DNA of 63,635 bases, filler included, from Choristocarpus tenellus KU-1152 (Eukaryota > Protista > Phaeophyceae), in assembly GCA_964200185.2 (NCBI GenBank). It is 7 parts of 7 records of this genome, joined end to end, with 100 filler letters (N's around TTAATTAATTAA, not from the genome) between each part and the next. Parts side by side here need not be neighbours in the genome. Positions count along the whole stretch, not along the records: positions 40,919 to 53,839 come from CAXNAD020001659.1; positions 53,940 to 60,751 come from CAXNAD020007292.1; positions 60,852 to 63,635 come from CAXNAD020024789.1; 4 more parts are not named here. One strand, written 5' to 3'. Shown one piece after another: positions 52,131 to 63,635 of this stretch (position 1 is the first letter of the stretch; each line of letters starts with the position of its first letter). The notes beneath the pieces were generated by a model that did no database searches, was not told the DNA's origin, and saw nothing but the letters and a program-made list of their open reading frames with translations. A program made the position numbers and the translations under genes.

Positions 52131-53939
52131 GACGTTTGCCTTCGAAAAAAGGAGGGGACTGGTGATTCGAGGTACAGAGTCCCAAAAACTGCTACCAATA
52201 ATGGCTAGGTCTCTTTCTAGGCCAAAAGAAGAACGAGGACGAAGTTATTATGGGGAGACTTGTTCTTTGGTTGTGGGGTGGGACTGGTTGGTGAGGTGGT
52301 GTTATGGAACACTCAAATTGCCAACATCCACAATTACTGGTTTTCCCTGGTAACTTAGGTTAGACTTCTTTCTACCTCTCCGATTTCACTGTGGAAATTG
52401 CTGGATGATTTAGAGGTATTTTTCTCTGTGTAAGTTGTTGTGGATGTGTTAGAGATCGATTTACTTGCTCTGTCTTACAGATCTCTAGTATGGTACCAAT
52501 TTCCAATTAATTTTTGAATCTGTTGGAATCTATATGTCCAATATCAATAGTAATAGTGTTAAATATGAGTCCATAAACTTGTTCAGTTGGTAAATATTAG
52601 TGACATACTCTTGAGGGATTAATTTTTTTTTCCAACCTTGTCAGAACTATTTTGTACTATATATTGCGTAGTTTCTATTATGTATTAGTAAGTAGCACAT
52701 ATATATGTTGTGGTATATTGTTAAATATGAAATGGTAATATTTTACGGTTTCAACAACATTTTGGAAAGTGTTTCACAACGAACCATAATATTGTAGTAC
52801 GTGTTCATCACCTTCTGCTTCAAAAGAAGGATCAGATGATGAAGGTAGGGGGGAGGAGGTTTTCAATATGCAAAGGGAGGTGTAAAATCACGAGTAAGAC
52901 AGATTGTTTCGGTCACTGTTCAATCAGCTAGCCATCTCCAAAAAAAGAAGAGTTTGGAGGTTTAGATTAGGGACTCCAGATGGATGGGCTAGGTAGGAGA
53001 GGCTTGACAGGTAGATTCATGGGATTCTTCCCTTAATTCTCGCCTGCATTCTGAATTTCATATAATCAGTTTACCAGTTACTTTTCGTTGTTTTATTGTC
53101 CATTATTATTATTTTACCATACATTACGTATGTGGTTGGTTGTCTTTCGAATGTACGTATTATTAGAGGCTTGACAGATTCATGGCATTCTTCCCAATAT
53201 TCTCACCTTTCTGATCAGTTTTGGGGTTGCATTTGTTGTGTTCTGTCTGGTCCATTGTTTGTCTTCAACAATAATACTTGGTCTATCTGATGTAGTAGTC
53301 ACTTTTGTGGTTATTATGTTGAATTCTCCACATGATTTTTTCCCTTCTTTGGTCTCTATTCTTGCGGAATTATTATGTTTTGTTATCTCTCCCCTTAATG
53401 CTTCGAAGTATTTATTTTCCTACATAACAATCGCTGCAGGATGTAAGGGGGTACAATTATATGTTAATGTGATGGATTACACAACAAATCCTATCTTACA
53501 GAATATCGATTTCTTCTGACTCTGATCAGGTCGTTGTCCCTGCCCAATTATAGTTAGTAGTATTGGTTTTATATACATTCATACAGGTAGAGTGTCTTTG
53601 ATTCACATTCTCGCTTGCTTCCTGGATCCCACATGACAAGAACTTAGAGTTGTAATCAAGATAACTCTTTAGAAATGATATAAGTTAAATCGGCACGATT
53701 ATTTTTTAGTGTACTTGACTATAATTGAACAGTGACGTACGTCTTGCGGAACCCAGCAACGACACCACCAATAACAGCCGATTTCAAAAATTGAGGATGG
53801 AACTTTTCATTGAGGACGGACTTGACCCAAAATTGACTGNNNNNNNNNNNNNNNNNNNNNNNNNNNNNNNNNNNNNNNNNNNNTTAATTAATTAANNNNN
53901 NNNNNNNNNNNNNNNNNNNNNNNNNNNNNNNNNNNNNNN

Positions 53940-54419
53940 GGGGCCAAAATCCAATGTTATAATTTTGATGTAATTTTGGCTATCGTGTTTGTTAGTATGT
54001 GTCAACATGAGTGAAGGTATCTTAGAGGGTACGAGTTTTGCCCGGTTTGTCCATTGGGACTTGACTTCCCACAGTATTTTTATGACAGTTTCCTACTCCG
54101 AAACGTTTCAGAGTAGATAAAATGTATGTGTTATGAAAAGGTGCGTTCGGGACAAGAGTATTGACACTTCCTCACAAACATGATAGCCAAAACTACATCA
54201 AAATCGCAACATTGGGTTTTGGCCCCCAAATGGACGTGGCTCTACCCTCTAAGATACTTTGACTCCATCTTTGTTTTGGACACACCTTTTCATAACGTAT
54301 ACATTTTATCTACTCAAAAATAATTTGGAGTATGAAAATGTCATGAAAGAACTCATGGGAAGCCAAGTCCCAAATTGACAAACAGGGTAAAAGTCGTACC
54401 CTCTAAGATACTTTCACTG
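53940..54419 (-). mobile_element. MITE family A, inverted host copy split by another family A copy
   Basis: 53940-54008 plus 54269-54419 join into a sequence colinear with 35350-35572. Confidence 0.88.
54009..54265 (+). mobile_element. MITE family A, nested full copy, target duplication CAT
   Basis: CAT|GAGTGAAGGTATCTTAGAGGGTA...TACCCTCTAAGATACTTTGACTC|CAT. Confidence 0.92.
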
Positions 54420-54424
54420 AATAC

Positions 54425-56204
54425 GTTGCGCCCCGAGCATGTGGAAGCGCTCCAGGGGAAGACGGCTATCTTCTTGAGCCTCGTGAAGCCCGAGCCTTAG
54501 AACGCCAGGTACTCCCCGTGCCTAAATCTGTGACACCTTCTTGTCGAGGCATACCCTAAGCTCACAGAGTGGTGGGACAAGGGTGACGAATGCAATTTCG
54601 AGTCCGCCCAGCAATTGAAATAGGGCTTCAGTCGTTCAGGTTTTTTGTTCAAGTACGGTTAGAGTTGCAGGTTGTGTAGATTTCTGCATGAGTGTATCTT
54701 TCCATGGTGTCCGACTCTCATGTTCATGCACTTTGCATCCCATAAGTTATGCATTTAGATAGTGGAACAAAAGATACGTAGCTACCGGTCAGAGTCGTCA
54801 GCGTATCATATATCATACTCACGCTGAGGATCAGACCTGTCTTATCATTTGTTTTAAAAAGCATGTCTGCTACAATGTTGCAGCCCTAAAATATAATACA
54901 TCGATCAAACAACTCTGCTCCATCCGCCCGGCTAACCTTTCCAAACGATTAGTCAAGGGCAGCGATGAATACCCTGTCCTTCTGTGAGCCATTATTTATT
55001 CCTTGTACACGATAACGCACCTCCCCCCATTCTTTTCAATACTGTATGCACCACCTCTTGCTTTGCCCAAATATCGACGAACAAGTTTCGATCAAGTGTA
55101 GTCATTCCAATCATAGGGGATCATATGCCTAAGTCCACCCACGATGCCCTAACCACAGCACCAGCCCAGAACCTGTGGAAGTGTACCTCAAACTACTTTC
55201 CTCGGAACGTACGACAATATCACTTGACCAATAACCACTCGTACACACTAAGTATTCCGTCTACACCTTTTGCTGTACCTCGTACCAACAACTTCAACTC
55301 TAACACCCTCAGCGACAACAACCACGTCTTACTGCATCCAACATCCAACACATGAACACTAACAAATATAAGTCATAGATTTAAACTGTGCAAAAAACAG
55401 AGCGAAGGTGTCTTAATGGGCACGAATTTTGACCTGCTTGTCCCTTTAGTGCTTGACTTCCAACGCCTTTTTTATGACATTTACCTACTCTGAAACGTTC
55501 CTAACTAGGAACATATATACGTTATGAAAAAGGTGCGTCCAGAACAACGATACTGACGCCCTGCTAACGGACACGATAGCCAAATATACACCAAAATCAC
55601 AATTCTGGTTTTTGATCCCCATTTCGACATTTTTTTATGCTCTAAGACACTTTATCTCCGTATGTTTTGGTTCCTCATGCACACGTGGAGAGAACAGACC
55701 CCCCCCTACAATCATCTATGTATACGTTTCATAAACAACCAATGCAAGCAAATAAACGAACAGAGCGACCCCACAGCAGACAATATCATTATTTTATATA
55801 CCTCATAAACAATGGCAAAACACACCCTAACTGACAACACTCTTTGGGTGCTAACCAAATCCCAGTCATGCAAAAAAAAAAACTGGAACAGCCTCCCAAG
55901 TATATCTCTTGTTCTTCATCATAACTGCGCGACCAACACACACAAACCAATAGACCTATTTGAGCAGACTCGATATCCGACACATGCAAACGTCCTAACT
56001 CCTCCCCCAATCAAAACCCGATTATTAAATGGTGGCATATATCCCAATTGTCCTTACCTACGCAAGGACAGAAATGAACCTAACCAACAGTCTTCTTTTT
56101 GCTGACATTTCAAATCCGACACGTGCGACCAAATCACACCAAAAAGGGAAAATCGAAAGAGAGTGAAAACGGACGCCGGCACCCCCCCTAAGATACTTTG
56201 ACTC
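54425..56204 (+). mobile_element. Large element (family L), right portion, second copy
   Basis: Colinear with 7835-9387 apart from a MITE insertion and small indels; ends CCCCCCCTAAGATACTTTGACTC. Confidence 0.85.
55400..55658 (+). mobile_element. MITE family A, older diverged copy inside family L
   Basis: GAGCGAAGGTGTCTTAATGGGCA...TGCTCTAAGACACTTTATCTC; absent from the paralogous position (~8835). Confidence 0.85.
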
Positions 56205-57909
56205 ATGAGTGTCACTCTAGCATATCTATCCCTATTATTAGGGCACCATTGGACGCGGTTATTCTCACAGGGTTTGGTTCCTCCTTAACTAGATCCTCAT
56301 CACTACCAACAGATGTGTTTGGGTACCTTCTCCGATTGGGTCATGGTCATGCTATATACATCTTAACATACAGAAATCGTGTAAGAAATGCTTGGATTTC
56401 TTGCTTAAGTGACACCCCCACCTAATGAATGGTGTGGGAAACATTTTGTTGCTCATGCACTTGGTGCATATGTCTAGACTTTTCTGCTTGGGCACCAGCA
56501 TAAATTAGACCACACTAGAGCACAGTATACACTCTATTGCATGTTCCTCGTTTTTTTAAACGGTACGGTGCTGTTTCTTCACTCAGAGTGCTGTCTTAGT
56601 TACAGCTCGAAAGGGTTCAGATAAAATCCTTTCTAGATGTCGTGAGTTGGTTTAGGTGCCACTACCTCGTTTTCTGTCACTCGAAATAGCCTTCGTTGCT
56701 CGGATGGAGTCTAATATGTGTGCTTTTAAAACATACGTTGCTCCTTTGTTTTCCTTGATATGATAGAGTAAAACCACGTCGCTTTGACTGCGAAATGAGC
56801 TTAATATTGGTCTATCAATATCAAACATATATTAATAGCCATCCACCATCTGAGGTTATTTGTACATGAATAATTGAAAGAAACCAAAAATCACCAGTGG
56901 AAGTACATTCAAGAATCCATAAACTGTACTAATCGTTATTATCATTTTTCAATTCCCAACTCATCATCACAACAACATCAATACTTGTTAGAATAAAGAG
57001 TACATAGAAGCACAAGATCAGTCGATATATACCACGCACACAAAGTATGGGTTACACAAGTTCCATCAGATATTGATTCAGTATTTTGTTCTAATTTGTT
57101 TTTTGTTTAACATCTTTCTTCTTCTTAACACAAGGAGACCCCACATGCGCGTTAATTGTTGATTACTTTTTCTTTCTTGGTTGCCATTGCCCTCTCATAA
57201 TACACCAGTTTAATCTCCGAAAAGTGCACCTGATACACACCTAGATGTCATATATTCCGAGTTCAACCATCCACAGAAACCCTTGTCCGCCAAGGTATCA
57301 AGCCTCTCCTCAGAGCACGGATTTCTTCCTTTTGGAGTATTGCAAGAAAAACACTGAATTCACATTATCATTCTTGACTGAGCTGTCAATGACAATGACC
57401 TCAGTTACAACATTACAAATACATCGGCGCTTTGCAGTACTACAATGACTTCTCTTCGCAATTCCATACTGATGTGTGTAACAATCTATGGAACATACTT
57501 GCAAAATCTCCATTTCTCCCAACACATCTGGAAAGTGTTGGAGGGCAAAAAATATGATACATCTACAAATGTTAAAGAATATCATAATATCTATGGAACA
57601 TATCACTCTCCAAAATCATGTATGATTGAAGTAGTAAAAGAGAAAGTTTGTTTGAAATCTTGGACTTGGATCCAGATTTGGAAGGAATGCCTTTTTTGGA
57701 AGGATTTTACCCCTGGAGGTCTTTGAACTGTCAGTATTTCTGGTTTTCTTGTTACGATATATAGTGACACATCTCCAAAATATAAGTGTATAAATGTATA
57801 TGGCATTTGATATATATAAGATACAGGTGTTAGTGTTCTATTTTTCGTGGTAATTCCGCTTTGGAGCACTAACATTATTCTTCCCTCAATTTCCACGAAT
57901 CATATCGTT

Positions 57910-57959
57910 ACATAGAGTTGTAACGAGGAAGTTATCCATTCCTCGTTACAACTCTATGT
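57910..57959. repeat. Perfect 21-bp inverted repeat with 8-nt loop
   Basis: ACATAGAGTTGTAACGAGGAA-GTTATCCA-TTCCTCGTTACAACTCTATGT. Confidence 0.95.
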
Positions 57960-58219
57960 TTCTCTTGGTAAATCGCATATCGATATATGATTCTTTTGCA
58001 TCTTCTCTAATTCTTATCGATGGAGATAAGAAGTTTCTCGACCAGATCTATCCCGTCATCACATCTCTACTTCCAACTATATACCAACTCAAAGACCAAG
58101 CCAGCGACAGTAGAATCTCCACAGACAGAACTTGGTTAGGTAGGAAGTCCATATATGTGTCAGTACTACTTTTACAATAGAGCTGATTCATCCTCCACAC
58201 TCCACCCATAATTCGTCAC

Positions 58220-60650
58220 CTTCATTTGAGAATTGAGTGTCTATGCTGCATCTCTGTGGGTAAGTAGGTCGGCACTGGAAGTTCGTGGGGAGTGTATCGC
58301 CAGTTCGTGCAGAGGAGCTGCTCGTGTGGTAGTAGGTGGGCTGACCGTAGCCGGTTCGTCGATTTCCTTGTACGATTATAATCCCGTAACCCTGCTGTAT
58401 TCCCCATTATGAGACCCTCCAGTGAGTTTAGGTGAACGGGATGCTGGGTACCTTCTAAACTATGTATGTATATACGAGTGCGAATTAGATATGCCCTTTC
58501 CTTTCATATTCAAGTCAGTTTGTTGCTTGTGTACATCGTAGAAGTTTCGTGGTCTTGTTTATTGAAACTTTGACCTTTGCTGTACCCCCGACTGTACGCA
58601 CGGACAATCCCAAAGACAGAATATATCTGCTAGACAGCCTACCACCTTGACACCTGGTCTCGTTTTTTCCCTCTACTATTTCTCTATCTGGAGGTTGACG
58701 AGGAACGATGCCTTCCTCAGCGTTCGTCCCCTTCTTCGAGATTTTCGCTGAAGGGGTGGTGTTGACCGTGGCCGCCATCACAACAGTTTCCTTCGCTGGT
58801 CGATGTCTACGCAGCACTGGCCCACTAAATATTACAGGGCTGTTAGCAAGTGTGATCTCGACCTTCTATTCCACTTTCGGTGAGAACTTCAACCTCCTCA
58901 CTCGGCGTTCACATAGTCTACTACCATTCTTCATGTATGAGCAGCACGTGTGAGGTCAGTCATATTCAAGAATGGATGCATGGTCTACCCCATAGGTATC
59001 AGTGTCAGCACAAGCAATGAATCTCAAGAACAGTTTTATACCCTCATCCTCGCGCAGCTTTGGCGTACTGGTTCGGTGGGGGAGAGGGATTCAATTGCAC
59101 AAGGTTGGCGGCGATAAACGGGACGTGTATGTCAGCAAGCAACGGTTTGACCTTCCTTCATCTCTTCATTAAGGCGGACGCCAGTAACAAACTAAACCAT
59201 GGGTAGGATATGTATTCAACGTGATGCGTACACTTTGCATACCCTCAGAATATTGGTGTTGCCTGTTAGTGACAACGAATGTACATAACGTATCCACTAT
59301 TACGTGTCCAACTACAACGCTGCAGTGGTAGCATCAACATCAAACACACACCAATCCATGGCCGTGGAACTCATTCCTCATCGTTTCTTGCATTCGTTGA
59401 AATCCTTGCACACTACCTTTGGGACTACGTGCCTCAATTGAGGAATGTGTAAGACTGCAGTCTGCAGAACTAGGTCGTGCTCACCCTGAACGGTGTGATG
59501 CATGGAACGTATGTCTCGTTATCCTACATTTCATTGTACAATAGTCGGGAATTCTTTGGCCTAACAACCCTTTTGATAGAAATAGCAATATGCTTACACT
59601 GCTTGCTGTGTGCTTGGATGCAACGGTTTGACGCGAGTACAGGTGGAAGTACTGGAAGTGGGTGGGAGTTGTGATGACAATCTTCAATTGGGTGACGCTA
59701 GTTACGGTGCACAGCTTACACACAGGAGTAATGGTGGATGGATTAGATGGCCCAAGGTGTAAATTCACCTTCGAAGAAGTTTCTTTCAAGCTGAAGTGGA
59801 TCGCACAGTTCTGTAACCAGGTTTTCCAGGTGTGGTTAACATGTCCATTATAGTACACTAGTTGTGTCAAGATATTTTTGTATCTAGCTTCATGCAGATG
59901 CGTGTATGAGGTCCACCTGTCAACTATGCTGCAATGCCTTGGAAAAGTACTCAACTACAGGCTTAGTATTGAAAACTATTAATGGGTTTCGTCTCAGGCA
60001 CATTGTTTTTGAAGCCCTCCTTGGTTGACCCAACACTGATGCCATATCTTGAGCAAAGTTTTTGTGTGGAAGTATCATATAGAAATATCATTGACACTTC
60101 AACAAGGTGATTATTTTGAGAATTGAGATCAAGGGTCATGACCTGACTTGATCTAGCAATCATCCATGTGTAGGAAGATCACCTTCGCATTAGGATACCT
60201 GTGTTTTTATAAAGCAAGGATGAAGGCTGGGCCTCCTTTGATGTGACCCACTACTGCATCAGTTTGTGGGGGGCTCACACACCAAATTATCTGTCAGGGT
60301 TAGGGTAAACTCTCATATGTGAATGGAATGAAGGATTAGGGTTTTGGATGGCCATGAGAAGATGTCACTTATGGACCAAGGACCACCTCGCTTGCATTTT
60401 TTGGGAATATATTATGTTTTGTCCATGTCTGCTGTAAGTACTTACTACCTAAGTCTGTACGTTGTGTGATATATACCCTAACCCTAACTCTAACTCTAAG
60501 TTAAGTCCCATGGTGCATTGCACGGATACATGAACGATCCCCCTGACAGCCATAACTGACCGGTATTACCCCAGGCACTCGTAGAATGGAAAGCTGTGGC
60601 CCTTCCTGACGCAATCACATACAACTGCCATTATACTGTTTTGCAGTTTT
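58220..60650 (-). mobile_element. Possible highly decayed LTR-retrotransposon pol remnant
   Basis: VIFLHMDDC (cf. YxDD) near 60155-60185 on the minus strand plus scattered weak RNase H/integrase-like fragments; boundaries approximate. Confidence 0.25.
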
Positions 60651-63635
60651 TGGTGCTTTTTTCACAGGGGAGGGGGGGGGGGGGGGCATTGGGGGGACAC
60701 CTGAGAGTCTATTTGTCCTTTGGCTTCTGTTAGGATATTCAGATAGCAATTNNNNNNNNNNNNNNNNNNNNNNNNNNNNNNNNNNNNNNNNNNNNTTAAT
60801 TAATTAANNNNNNNNNNNNNNNNNNNNNNNNNNNNNNNNNNNNNNNNNNNNGCCCATGTTCTGAGAAAACGAAAGAGGAACCAGAGAAAGATCAAAATCT
60901 TTGAGGGGGGGGGGGGTTGAAAGAGGTAGAATAGAGGGAACAAAACATTTCAGCTGCAGCAGGCTAGCACTTCAAGAGCGATTTTGTGAAGCAATGACAA
61001 AGGGAGGGTCAATGTCCAAGGTGGGGAGGTTGTGCCTGCTCTAGCAGAGAGGTAGGGGTAGAGGGGGGTCAAAGTGATAGGCATGAGAACAAAGAGGCAC
61101 GAAAGGGGGAACTGGGGGTGCATAGGGAAATTCCGTGCTTTGCATGTGTGTGACCATGACTTCGGTGTGAAAATCTTGGGGGTGGGGGGGGGGCAAAGGT
61201 CTGAGCACGCACGTCTGTTTTGAAGTTCTCAATGCCATTTAGCCTGTGTGTGTGTGTGTTTTGTCACTGAGTGCATGCACACATTTTGCCTGCATCGTAC
61301 TATGGATAGTGCCATGAAAATACCCACATTGGGGCTTGTTGTACGTATGCATGTGTGAATTGAGGATCCCACTGCCTGCCACTGCTGTACACACACACAG
61401 GGTAGCTAGAATATAGTCGTTTGTATGCTTGGGAGGACACTAGCAGTAGTCAATAGGTATTCGGGAATTTCTGGGGTAAAAGAGTAGTACTTAGATCATT
61501 ATCAGTCAAGACAGGGAAGGGGCATTATGCCATCTTTTTAGTTGGTATTGGTGAGTCATAGACCTCCTGAGTACAGTGCCGACTCAGGCCTGAAACCTCA
61601 GAAAAGGACACAAGACTGCATCAAGTGTGCAGGCTGGTCTTTGTACGCGGGACGTTTTGTGTGCATCAAGTGGGTCTTTCTGCGAGATGTTAGCCTTCTT
61701 TTGAGTTTTTTTTTGTTGGTGTATGTGTGTGTGTCTTGATGTGTTTTGATGTATGCTGTTACTTTTCGTATGTGTGTGTGTGTGTGATGTCTGGAAGATT
61801 TGACCTTGCTGATATGATTGGTGAAGTTGATGATGCTCGTAAGTAGTGGAGGTGGTGTCCTTGCAGTGGTGAGGTGAAGGTGGGGGGTAGTGGTGGTTGT
61901 TTATGTGTTACGGCAATTTCATTTCTCATAGATGTGTGTTCGGAAGTAGAAGCAAGGATGTGCGACATCAGGAAATACGATGGGAACAGGTATACAGAGT
62001 AGGAATGATACACAATGAGGAGATTGGGGGGGGGGGGGAGTACAGGAGGAGAAAGAGACAGTCACACTACACATCATATTATAGAGTACTGCTGTTGCTG
62101 TGTTTATATGTGTGTGTGATAATGGCATGCACGGAGCATTTTGAGCAGGAGGATGGACTGTCAAGGAGCGAGGTTACGAGATGTTGAATCTTGCACAGTA
62201 GTTAGATGTGGACTAGCTGTGCTTAAATGTGTAGCACATTTGTTTGAATCACTTACTACTACTATTATTTTATATTTTGAAGTAGATAAGAGCACCCTCC
62301 TTTGCCCTGATTGGTTGGAAGGTATGTGTGTGCTCGCACTGCTTGCTGCTGCCAGCAATATATTCTGCATGGAATATATTACGTTGGTGTGTATTGTTGT
62401 TGATATGTTGCTTTCAAGAGTGGTCCATGATCAGACAAGTTCTTCCCTACGGTTTGAAGTAGTGGGAGGTACACATTACATTCATGGCATACAGAGTACA
62501 CAGAGAGGGGTTGTGGACACAATGCTCACGTTGAGAGAGTACAGGGTCGAGAAAGCTTGCTTGTTGATGCAGGCATGCACTCTGTCTCCCTCCTAAGTAT
62601 CGCTTTGCAGCTGGGTATTCCTCGTATTGTATGGGTTCATATTAACGGTATCTCTGTAATACGTATACTGTGCACTTGTGTGTTTGTGTGTGCTCAACCA
62701 ACAAGTGATGAGATTCGATCATTCACGCATCATGCGGAAAGATGGAGGAGTGCATGGTGTTAATTTTTTAGTATGCATGTAGGTGTGGTCAAACCAAGAG
62801 ATACGTGGTGGCATTCGATCATCCGTCATGCCGAGAATGAAAAAACATTATCAATTGATCGCTTGGTAGCGTTTGTCGATCTGTACAACTATACAGGTGT
62901 GAAGAGCTTCATCAAATAGTAGTAGAAGAGTTGATTATGGGGGAAGGGGGTAGGCTTCCAATAATTATTATTGTAAGGGCAAGAAGAGGGTAGTAGACCT
63001 ACACTGAATTTATTCAACAATACTACATATTCCGTCTCAAACAGAAGAAAGAGAGAGCCTGGTCTTTTTCATATGAGATAATGCGATGTGGCAATATATT
63101 CGGAAGAACAGATGTTACATCAGTTTTGCTTGGAATTATATATTAACAGTTCCTCCTGCTACACACCACACTATACACCCTTCCTAGCACTTCCTCTCTG
63201 GTCAACCCTATAATATCATACCATGGCACTCCCAACGTACCTACTACCCACAAACACTACCAGTTACCATCACTGAGAGTAAGTGAAAGAACTCTCCTCT
63301 CTGTCTGTTGTGAAAGATTGCCTTTTCATTGGTTGAAGAGTTACATGGAACACTTCGGTCAATTAGGAGAAATTAAACATTCAACTCTGAAGACTGTGCA
63401 ATATAGGCTGATAGTCTATATAGTTTATACGCGTTTAGTGAACACTACTAGACAACAGGAATGTTGACTGAGTGGAACAAGTATCATTGACTTGTGATCG
63501 TGTACGTAAAGTAATTAGGTCGAATCTCAGATGATTGATTTCTTATTGCTTGATATAAATGGACTGATGGAGGAGTTCTGACATAGTACTAGCTACACAG
63601 GATAAGTGACATAGTACGATGTAACGGCAGGACAC

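Noticed and set aside
10975-60851. TTAATTAATTAA repeated six times within N runs
   Set aside because: Artificial concatenation linker; ORFs and apparent gene neighbourhoods crossing it are meaningless.
60852-63635. ORFs in the last contig
   Set aside because: TG-rich, intron-like or intergenic sequence with no recognisable protein motifs.

Overview
Repeat-rich eukaryotic nuclear DNA, probably a brown alga or related stramenopile (inferred from GT-AG introns, TTAGGG-like motifs and Ectocarpus-type retroelement remnants). The window is seven unrelated contigs joined by artificial 100-nt linkers (N44-TTAATTAATTAA-N44), so nothing is linked across the gaps. Spliced genes reconstructed by hand: complete PIG-P, complete family I inorganic pyrophosphatase, a 3'-truncated DUF1537 four-carbon acid sugar kinase, the last two exons of an unknown protein, and an RS-domain exon. 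There is one tRNA-Phe(GAA). Mobile DNA includes a full-length decayed DD39D-like mariner with ~72-bp TIRs, other Tc1/mariner fragments, and RTE, RLE-type and probable Gypsy remnants. The most striking signal is a set of at least four internally different non-autonomous DNA elements (14 copies or ends) sharing the terminus G(A/G)GTCAAAGTATCT...AGATACTTTGAC(T/C)C with 3-4 bp target duplications (Sola2-like by inference). They nest in each other and lie beside three tandem arrays (90, 77 and 232 bp), two of which share a short motif. No autonomous transposase for this set, no CRISPR array and no Fanzor/TnpB signature was recognisable.
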